Assembly: GCA_045837725.1 (NCBI GenBank)
Contig: JBEWZL010000116.1
Location: 62,001 to 122,046, forward strand
Source of the DNA: Vermamoeba vermiformis
Lineage: Eukaryota
DNA: 60,046 nucleotides
Reading direction: 5' to 3'
The notes under the pieces were generated by a model, which had not been told where the DNA came from, ran no database searches, and saw only the letters and a program-made list of their open reading frames with translations. Positions 11,759-22,342 of the stretch are shown here, in pieces. The translations under genes and the position numbers were made by a program. How positions within the stretch are numbered: position 1 is the first letter of the stretch; each line of letters starts with the position of its first letter.

Positions 11759-13468
11759 ATGGACGCGAGAATCGATTATTCAATTCTGCCGTTCGATATT
11801 ATCCTCAAGATTCTGTCTTTCCTCTCGATCCAATCAGCATGCAACATGATCCGAGTCAATAGACGCTCGTACTATGAATAGTGAGTTAACCACGAAAAAT
11901 TTCTTGACTTTTCGATAAACTGTTTCTAATCTTATTTTAGTAACGAAAACGAAGCTGTCTGGAAGCTGATCCTCACTTTCGAACTCGAACGAACACATCC
12001 GCAGTTAGTCAAGACAATTCTGAGCAAATACGAAGAGAAATACAATCAAAAAACGTTTACATACGTCCAACAACATCAATCCTTTTGGAAGAACCAATGC
12101 AGAGACTTTTTTTAAGGCGAAAAGAGGCCGGATGTGGGTACCAAAGCACCACTACCGCGTCGACGAGTATTTCAATCAGGATTGGTACAATCTCATCGAT
12201 GGATTTGAATTCAAATTGGTAAGTTTGTGAACTACCCGATGCTATTTTACGTGAAATATCAGTACATGAAATTCACTTAGATTGCTTCGGTTTCTTTTCT
12301 GTGGGAATCACTTCTAATAATCGAACTTTATAAAATCTTTTTATGTTTGGCGTCATAGTTAAGACCTCACGTAACAATCCTTAGGCAATTAACCCGCAAT
12401 TTTTGATTTCTGATCGGATCTAACTTCCAATTGTAGCTCATTTTAGGCAATCGCCGAGTAGGCAAGAGTTCCATCGTCGAGAACTTCCTAGCGAACAATC
12501 TTATCGGTCAGAAGAAGAAAAGTAAGTTGCCTTAATACAGAATTGCCTAACATGGGCAAAAATGTTTGGTTTCTAATTTTGGGCTTGCTGGGAAAGACTG
12601 CCGGCAGCCATTCATGAAAAATCTGTTACGTTTTTCTTGAATCGAAACTGACGCAAACCTTCCCTGCAGAGAAGCACTCGACGTTATTGAAGACTATAAC
12701 GCGAAAGATCCACTTGCCGAACACGAAATTTGGTTTGATCGAGGTTATCGATGTTAGAAGCAAAGGTACGGATCCAGTTTATCCGCTAAAAGTTTCTAAT
12801 AAGAAAACTAGGAATAACCCCGGAACTTGAAGAACTGGTCCAAGCTTGCGATGGATTCGTTGTCATGTACGACATTACGGACAAGAAATCGTTCGAGGCC
12901 GTTCCTAATTACGTCGACTTAATCAACCGCAATACTAGACGGGAGACTAGCCCATTAGTGATCGTAGCGTAAGTAGCACGTAATTAAAAGCTTTTGAAGC
13001 CTCGTACCGGATCTAATAGCCCATTTTTAGAAACAAGATTGACCAAGTTTGCGCTCGCCGCGTGAGCCTTGTGGAAGGCCTTCGCTACGCTAAGACGATC
13101 AATGCTCCTTTCTTCGAGTCAAGGTAAGCCAAACTAAACGTAAAATTGAATCGCAATCAGCATCTAATTCGAACTTTAGCGCGAAAGAAGCTACGAACAT
13201 CAAGTCAATATTCATTCAAGCCGTATACGAGTTCTATTTCTACAACATGCAATCGTGGCACTTCGGAATCAATTCATCAACTCCTCTCGCGATTAATTCC
13301 GCTTACACCAGATGCGTTCCTCGCGAGACTGAAATGGTTGGAGTCAGCTCCACGACTCCTGCATCTTCACCTCCTAAAGACAAAGTCAACGAGCTCGTGC
13401 GCAAGATGTCTGATCACAGCATCAATCGAGAGAGGGAGGTCATGCAGATGAATTTGCATTACGTCTAA
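11759..13468 (+). CDS. F-box + Ras-superfamily GTPase fusion (apparent 1-nt frameshift at T7 run 12107-12113)
   Basis: F-box LPFDIILKILSFLSIQSACNMIRVNR. G1 LILGNRRVGKSS, G3 degenerate EVIDVRSK, DGFVVMYDITDKKSF, G4 NKID, G5 ESSAK. About 7 coding exons. The frame is continuous only if one T is removed from the T7 run. Confidence 0.8.
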
Positions 13469-13819
13469 AATAACGATACCAAACCGAACTAACACGCCAA
13501 AACCAACATATTAACAATTGCATCGCTTACAATAATCACGATACTACCTATTTACAAGATGAAATGAACTATTAGGAGAAAGAAATTCATCCAGATCTAA
13601 CTGCTACTCGCTTTGAGCACGTCAAAGCAACCCTGTACATAGCCACATGTAAATAAAAGTGCAATTCAATTCATTTTAAAACAATCGATTTCGTAAATCT
13701 TATTTAGTACTAACAATGCGGTATTATCGGAGGCCTCCGCAAGACCTGTCAATCATGTCTCACGACAAAAATTTCTTCCCTGCACCACATTTGCTTAACG
13801 CTTAAACCATAATGAATAG

Positions 13820-16800
13820 ATGAAAGTATTGTATTATTTTTATATTTTAGCTTCAATCCTTTGGATTGGTAAGCGAAATGACGTTTTTTAATTTTATTTC
13901 TGACGATCTTCACAGCGAAGCACAAATGTAGCGAATTTGAGAAGATATATTTGAAAGAAGAGCATGTAATCTTAGAACACGAGATTGGGTCTCATAATCT
14001 TCGATTTGGAATAGTGCATCCCGATCACGAAGTTTATTTTACTCTAACACCTCAATTTACGAGCCTATTTCATGAGGTAAATTTTAAAATATTATCATTG
14101 ATTAAACGCGCGAGTAATTAGGCTTATTATATTCCTTGTAGGATATTAATGGAAGCTTGAATTCCTTCCAGAAGCATTGGCCGTATCTAGGCGAAAGTAT
14201 CTCAGTCTTGGTTGGAAGTTTTAATAAGAAAATATTGGCGGCCTTATATAAATATGACAGCAGCCTGTATCGGGTGGATGTTTCAGATCGACCAAACGCG
14301 CTGCTCGTGCTTACAAGGTGAATATTCAAATTACATAAGCGCCTATTTTATTAATATGTTAATAGACTAAGTGAGCCAATTGAACTTTGGATGAATGAAG
14401 CAAGCCAAGAGCAAAAGTTGTTGATCTCATCCTTACTACCAAATTTACGTGCGTTGCCTCAGTTGTTTATAGCGATTGATCACTTATTCCATTAATAGCT
14501 AAAAGGTCATCGATGCATATTTTGCAATCGACATGCACACCAAATTGCTTCAATCGAACTTGCGGAAGTGACGGATGTGGTGGAGTTTGCGGATCTTGCT
14601 CAGGTACACATATTAAGTTATGCCCATGATAGTGCTATTTTATCTTACCTCTACCCAAAGACTTTGATGTATGCACTACGGATGGCTATTGCACGAGTAA
14701 CTGTGCCAGTGAATGTCGTGTCAACCAGTGCGGAGTCGATGATTGCGGCAACATTTGCAGCAAATGTACGGCACCTCAGTATTGCAATTTAATGACCTCT
14801 TCGTGCGAAACATCGGATACACCAGTTATTTCGACTATTCTCAGCTTTCATAATCGAATTCGTTCGAGACACAATCGTAAGTCAAATCCGGATGAAGAGA
14901 CAATGTGTTCTTTAAACTTATGATTTCTTATTGTATGTAGTGTCGCTTCTAAGGTGGAGTGATTCATTAGCTAATTCAGCGTCAACTTGGGCTCAGACTT
15001 GTACTTTCGGCCACAGCTCGACTTTTTTCGGCGAGAATGTGGCAATTGCAGCAGGCCCAGGTTATTCCTATCAGAACGCTCTTACGTAAGTACAAATCTT
15101 GAATATAATTATAGCTTTCTGCGGCCTCGACAATCTTTAGAATGTTCTAGATTTTTAATTTTCCGGAAGTTGAAAGATCTGATCCATTCATCGGCTTAGG
15201 GATTGGATTAAAGAGGAAAGGCGTTACGATTGCGAGAATGATGTGTGCGTGCGCGACTTTACGTGCTTGAACTTCAGACAGATGGTTTGGAACGAAACTA
15301 CAGATGTCGGATGTGCGCGTGTGGTTTGCTCTGAAAATAGCCCGTTTCCAAATGCTGCGTATTGGACAAATATAGTATGCCATTATTCTCCAATAGGAAA
15401 CATAATCAGTACGTATCATGAATAAGTTTATGGAAAATTTTCTTTAATTAATGTAACTCCGTTTAGGCCGTCGTCCTTTTCCCGTAGAATCTTGTCGCAA
15501 CGACGGGTGTAATGCCGCTATTGATTGTGCGTCTCAATCACGCCAATGTGGATACATTTTTGATGGCTGCTCAACGCGTTACTGCGGCACGTGTCCGTCA
15601 GATCCATTAGTTTGTAACGAGGTAAATCAATCATTCAAAATCAGCTCGTATATTAATAATAATCAGAACTCCGGTCTATGCGGATGCACCCCGACAACTA
15701 CATGTGAGAATACAGGTCAAACCTGCGGAACGTTATTTGACGGATGCAGCACAATATCGTGTGGTCCGGCTTGTCCGCCTGGAAGTAAGTTTGAAATTTC
15801 TTCGTTTAGATTATAACAAGGCTCACAATAGTATTATAGCGCCACAATGTTTGCCATTAATACCAGCGGATCAACTTCCACAAGTGTGCCAGTCGCAAGA
15901 AAAAGCGTGTGGTGAGGTCTCTGACGGATGCACTACACACGTCTGTGGCACGTGTGCTAGTGGTAGCTCGTGCCAATTAGGCCGATGCGTGCCTTGCGAT
16001 AGCTGTCCTAGGTATTCTTTGTGCGAAAATCAACGATGCGTTTGCATGCCTGGCTTTGTAAAACGGGTACGTACACGATCATTACTTTTGATCGAGATCT
16101 CACTCAATTTTTTGACAACTACGTCTCGTTATAATATATTGATATTATAAAATACTTACTATAACTCATAATTAATGCTTTTTGTTACTAGGGAGATGTT
16201 TGCGAGATTGTGACTGATAACCCGCAGTGGTCATTTTTCACTTTGCTAGGAGACGACAATTGGACCGTGTTGCCCTTGCTCCGAGTCAATAACAGACCAC
16301 GTGGCGAGCTCCATCAATTGACACAATCAAATGATGAGCCACAGATATTGGCGTGGCTGAACACGCACCGATTAACTACGGTAGCGAATGTTTCGTTGAG
16401 CGCTACAATAATTCCGCAAGGCGATGCAGCTGAATGGGGCCTCGTTTGGCGATCATTTGATGTTAACGATGGAAGAAGCCTGCAATTTATGAGCTTTACA
16501 TTCGCCATTACGGATCAGAAGCGAGGAGAATTCAGATTCAACATCCGCGTAAACGAAACCTTCATGCGCAGTTTTTCTTCGAATTTCTCGCCGTTCTTAC
16601 AAGGTCCGTAGAACATATTAACATTTCGCCGATTTGATTCGAAATCAAGATTAAGTCCGATCTGGATTCTCAATACTTTTACTAAAATGTCCGATTTTAG
16701 GCATGAGCTGGGATAGGAACGTCGGCCATCGCATGCAAGTTGTCGTACAAGGCATGACCTACGAGTTTTACTTGGATGGAGTATTGATCTCGGAGCCTGT

Positions 16801-17751
16801 AACCATGGATCATTTGCCGCTTGGAGGCTATTTTGGGCTTTTTTCTCGGGGACCAGTAATATTCCGAGATATAAGATTGAACACGTTCAGTAAGTCGAGA
16901 AAGGATTAATTTACCTAATTTGGTCTAAACCTGAAGACTGGATGGAAACTCCTGAAATTCTAATTTTGCTACTGCTACTGGCAAATCCAAATTGTTAAAT
17001 GTCATATTTTTTAGGTGATTTGGAGATCAAAATAGCAAATTGTATGAATGTTACTCTTTTTATTAGTCGTCTAGCCCAAGTACTGCGGATCAATCCCGTG
17101 AACATCTTAATGGATAGATTTGCGTCTGATGGATGCGTTGGTAGTGAAGTCTCCAATATATTCGACGTAAAATTACTAGGCTCTGATCGGGGCACCTCCG
17201 CTGCATTAGGTAAGTCAAATCCATTTCGCTCGATCTATTTTCTAACCTCTCTGTAGTATCGTCCTTACGTACACTGATCGCAGAAAACAGTCCAATTCTT
17301 CGAGCGAACAATCTCATCATATTGGACTTGCTTATTAACAACCGCTTTATACCGCCAAACACGTTCGATTTGTTCGGCGAGAAGTCACCAGAAAGCGAAC
17401 CAAATCCAGATCCAACAACAGGCTCGCAACTGAGTAGTAAGGAGAACTTCATATTACATTGAGAATTTTTATTATATTAATATGAAATGAGTACTAAGAT
17501 TTGTTATTTAGCCGGCGAACTTATTGCCATTATCGTGGCCTCTTCTTTGGCTGGAATTAGTAAGTCAATAGCGCCAAAACGATGTTAAAAATAGCATTAA
17601 CGGTTCTAACTAATAACGTCTTTATTTAGGCTGTATATTATTTGTGGTCATTTACGTTCGTGTCAAGCGAGGACAGCACCTCGAGCCACTGCTGAACAAA
17701 AATCAACACAACGGCGTTGAAATGTCGAGCTATGAACGGCTCGAAGACTAG
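13820..17751 (+). CDS. Type I membrane protein with signal peptide, Cys-rich repeats, CAP/SCP (PR-1-like) domain, EGF-like and beta-sandwich (ConA-like) regions
   Basis: Signal MKVLYYFYILASILWI. CAP motifs FHNRIRSEH, LRWSDSLA, GENVA, QMVWNETTDVGCA, IVCHYSPIGN. Repeated CGxxxDGC...CGxC units; C-terminal TM helix and tail ending YERLED. Confidence 0.75.
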
Positions 17752-18359
17752 AGCTAATGCCACGTGTAATAATATAACTGAATATGGAATTGACTCATGT
17801 CGCTACTAGGACTGGATTGACGTGCCAGCAATGCGTCATTTTCGTTCAATTAATACCGCACTGAACTCAAGCGCCGCTTGCAAATTAGATATAGCGAGCA
17901 CAGCTCTAATGTGACTCGTTTGCAAGCCGACCATGTTCGAACCTGACCCGGTCAGGCGTGAGTCGGTCCAATACCGTTATTATTAGCTACACGTTAGACT
18001 GCATTGCTGAATTAATTGTTAACAACGATGACTTGAAGAGCGATATGATTCAAGCAATCTATGATCACAACAACACTCCTCGCTAAAAAATCGGGATGTG
18101 GATCTGATCTCCAAACTTGTTCTCTAAGTTTGAAATTTGCTTTGGGGTGTAGTAGTAAATATTCTATAAACGCTATTTCCGGCAAAAATACACGTCTTAA
18201 GACATTTCAATTTGACATCTGATTTTTTCACACCCGTGTGAATCAATCTTAAAATATTCTGAGGCTGTTTCAGTATTTTTTATCTATTGTTTTTCACCAT
18301 CATACAACGGAAAGCAACAGTTGGAACCTTAGCCGGTTATAGTATCAATTATTTAAAAC

Positions 18360-19845
18360 ATGGATGCTGCAGAGCAATCTCCGTTAGAACCATTATTTCG
18401 GGATTACGAAGACGCTCTTGATATCACTTCCGAAACTCCTCTGCATATTAAGGTGCAGAAAGTCGATAAAGAAGCGGATGTGCGTGCTGTTTGGTTTCAA
18501 CTTTTAGAAAAGATTCCAGAGAGCGAGCTAGATTTTGTTTTATTTAGCCGAAAATTATCTACCGGAGAGACCATCAAGAACACAGCAATTAAATTCAATT
18601 TGTTACCGGAGGTAAGCGGATCTAAATTAAAACATTATTCCTGCCTATTCAATTGACCGTTTTATCTTGATTAGGCATATAAAATATCACCGAAGATAAG
18701 AGCAACGCCAATAGAGCTAAATATTGGTCGTCTGTCTCAACTTCCGCCCGAGATTCGCGGTTTAATATTCAACTACTTGACGTTCGACGATATTTCAGCA
18801 TCAGCCTCAGTATCAAAATCGTGGTTTGCCATAACAACGTCGATCGAAGTTTGGGCTCCTCGAGTGAAAGAGAATATTGCAGATCTCGATCCGTTTACGA
18901 GTGTACAACGTGCAATCATTAATAAGAGGATATGGAAGAATAAGGACCATTATATATATGCCACAGATGTTAATGTGACTGACGGCAAAGGATTGTTAGT
19001 CTGCGAAGAAGGTTATCTTCAAGGCATTAAATTGAATGTTGTCGTAAGAACCAAACTGTAATTATAATGAAGATCGTCACTAATTAGAATTTATATAGCC
19101 TATTATATCCGCATGGAATGGGGAGGGCGGCGAGTTAGAGCGTTACATGGTCAGATCCAAACTTCTGACGAAAGATGAAATCGCACCGTTGACCAAAGAT
19201 ATCGGTAAGTTATTCTAAATTATGCCTAGTATAGTACTCTAATATTATTATACTGGGTTAGGGTCATTTTTAAATGGAGGTGCGATAGATTTTTTGACAC
19301 TCGGTGACACGTTGACGCCGTTCTTGAAATTCATGGCAAACGGCAGCTACAGAATAAGAGTTCAATCCAATTTATTTTGTTGGTTAATTGAATGCAAGCC
19401 AAGCGATAGTCTACAAGAGACAAAAGGCGGTTGCGAGAGCGACGAAGAAAGTATTTATTGCACGCAACCGTCGGATCTACTTTCACTAGAGCGAATTAAA
19501 TTCTACGAAGATCAGATTAAGCAAGGCCAACGATTAATAGTTCTCGCTATTAAAGGAGCATACGATTACTTTTTAATTGACGGACATCATAAGGTAATAA
19601 TCATTATTAAAATTTTCAATTTTCGAAGCGTTCTAATGGATGGTTGATTATAGATAAAAGCATATTATAACTTGGAAAGAGAACGAGAAATGATAATGGT
19701 CAGTATTGAAGCCTCAGATCCGATCAAAATTTCGCGAGAAGAAGAGCTGGCGTACATTCAGCATTCGGAGAGCGGTTTAGAAGCGTTTTTTGTGTCGGAA
19801 AAAGCTGCCGAGAAGAGACGGCTCAAAAGATTGAATAGAAAGTGA
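18360..19845 (+). CDS. F-box protein with C-terminal ParB/sulfiredoxin-like (LIDGHHK) domain
   Basis: F-box LSQLPPEIRGLIFNYLTFDDISASASVSKSW; C-terminal YCTQP...ERIKFYEDQIKQG...YFLIDGHHK|IKAYYNL; 5 exons. Confidence 0.7.
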
Positions 19846-20059
19846 AACAGGCCTCCTATCGCTTAGAAGCCTATCCAAAAGATCTTTGCTAAAGCCTTTG
19901 TATTGTTTGATTCCTAGAGTTCAATTCTCTACCATATATAAATATAATATCTTTACGAACTAAAACCGTTAATGACGAAATTTCGCACGACAGTGGTGAT
20001 AAGAAAACAGTTTTCATGTTGTTGTTGTTCACTAATTGTGAGCAATACCAATACATATA

Positions 20060-22305
20060 ATGAAACCTCGTGGTAAACCAGTGAAATCAAATCGGGTTGG
20101 ATCGGTTAACCCGTTCGCAGTCCTGGATTCGGATGAGGAAGATCAAATACAGCCCGAGCCCGTTGAAGTGAGTTTCTACATATTTTATATTTTAAATAAT
20201 TGACGATTTCTAAAGGATAACACAAAAGTAGTTTCAGATTCGCCTGTCAACTACGCCATAAGTACGTTCAAAATAATCCAAAAATTGTAATAAAAATTGT
20301 AATATAGAGGACATTCATTGGTCGAGAGATAAGGCAATTTTAGAGCTTAAGAATTTCAACGTTCAAAATATCAAAAAAGATCGGGTTGGTAAGAAATTGC
20401 AACGGTTCATTTTAATATCAATCTGTCCTAAATATATATTAGGCATCTTATATCTTCAATTTGAACGAGAATCTGAAGGTACCAAAGCGCTGGAGTGGAT
20501 GCGCCAAAAACATGGCTTAAAATTTAATGCTACAAAAGTACCGTTGAGAACAGGTAAGTACTTAAAATAATATATTATAACCGTATTGACTATTACTTAT
20601 TAAGATCCCAAGTGTTTTATCTGCCATAAGGACGGTCATTGGGGTCCTAATTGTAAAGAAAGTTTATTGGCATCATTTCCTCACGTAAGTCTAGCGTTAA
20701 TTTTTATCAATTTTATTTCTATTAATTAAATTTACAGGAATTAATCTGTTTAATTGGCTCTTATCTTCATATCTCCGAGCTTTTGCGTTTCAAAAGCGTT
20801 AGAAAATCTTATAATACTGCCATTAAATCTATGAGGTAATATATGATTGAATGTAATATAGTGCGCATATATTAGTACAATTTAAAGATCCCTTACGGTA
20901 CGAAATCCGTTCTACGATGAGTACGATACGCAGTTCATGAAATTGAAGTACAACTTTTTGAAGACTTTTCGGTCATTAGAAGAACTCACATTGCTTAAAA
21001 TTGAAGCTGAACAGCTTGTCAATGCCGAGTTTAATACGATAGACTTCATTACACAATGCAAATCGTTGAGGAGTCTGACGCTTCGGTCGCGCGAGTCGAT
21101 GGATCCGCAACTCCTGTCGAAGATTTTTTCATTGACAGCGTTAACAAGATTGATAGTAATTGGTTGTTCAATGCAACAGCAGCTAAGCCAGTTAACAAAT
21201 TTGACGGATCTGGGCTTGTCGGTCACTACTGACGATCCGTTCGATGACACTTTAGATATGCAATTGACCCGTTTGCCTGCGCTAAAAAGATTAGAGTAAG
21301 TGTTATAAGCAATAATATAATACTATACTAATATATTTCATATTCAGATTGAAAATTTTTTATCGTTGGGATGAAGTAGCGCGATTAGTTTTGTCAGCTG
21401 AAAATTTGACACGATTGGTGGCACTTAAAACACGTGGCTTTAGGCACGGAATAGTCTTTGGTGCAGAAATGAACAGACTAGAAGAATTGGATACTGGTTA
21501 CATACGCGAATGGTACCCTCTTATTGCTCCAAATCTGACGCGATTGGTCTGTAAAGTATGTCCAAAGATTAATGACAGCATCAACGACTTTGTCAAATTG
21601 AAGCACCTGACATTAGGCTTGGGACCTGACAAAGAGGTCTTTTTGACACGTCTGGCATTGCCTAATTTGGAAACTCTAAAACTTTCGAGATGGATCTCGG
21701 ATGTGGATGTCAGCGGATGCACAAACTTGAAAAATTTAGTAGTGGAAGCGTTGGACGTGTTCATACTACAAGTGCCTCCAAGTATTACAGATGTGACAAT
21801 CAACCCTTGTCATGCTGCACCACAGACTTTAAAAGCAATAAGCGAACTTCCTTCACTGAAACACCTTAAAATTAGCCAATCATTTACCCCCGACGATGAC
21901 ATTAAAGTTTTGGCCCAAATTACGTCGCTACAAACATTAACGTTTAATCGTCCGTACACTGCGCACGAAGGGTTTATGGATAGTCTGGCACGATTCACAC
22001 AAGTTAAAGTCTTGGATCTGGTACACCAACGTTACTGGCAGAAAAATTATTACAACGAAAAAGCAGTGCTTCTTATCTTAAAATTATCGGAAAAACTGCC
22101 TCACACGAGAATATTACACGGCGTGCAATTCTATCATGACACTCTGTTACCAACTGGTTGTAAAAAATTCAACGAGTATTGCGGCTGTCCAAGGTGCTTG
22201 CAGGCTCGACAGCGTCAAAAAGAATTAGCGGAAGACAAAAAAATCGATAAAAACGAGCCCGACGTCCATTTGCCTGCAAAATTCAACAAGTTTTGGTACA
22301 CGTAA
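20060..22305 (+). CDS. RRM-like + CCHC zinc knuckle + F-box + leucine-rich repeat protein
   Basis: Spliced N-terminus includes GILYLQFE (RNP1-like), CFICHKDGHWGPNC (20613-20654) and LASFPH|ELICLIGSYLHISELLRFKSV (F-box), followed by many LxxLxxLxL repeats. Confidence 0.75.
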
Positions 22306-22342
22306 TAATCGATAATAATAAAACGTTTATTGTACAGTGTGT

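Noticed and set aside
17900-17960. Possible tRNA because of GTTCGAACC
   Set aside because: No cloverleaf, acceptor stem or anticodon arm could be built; kept only as part of the structured-element candidate.
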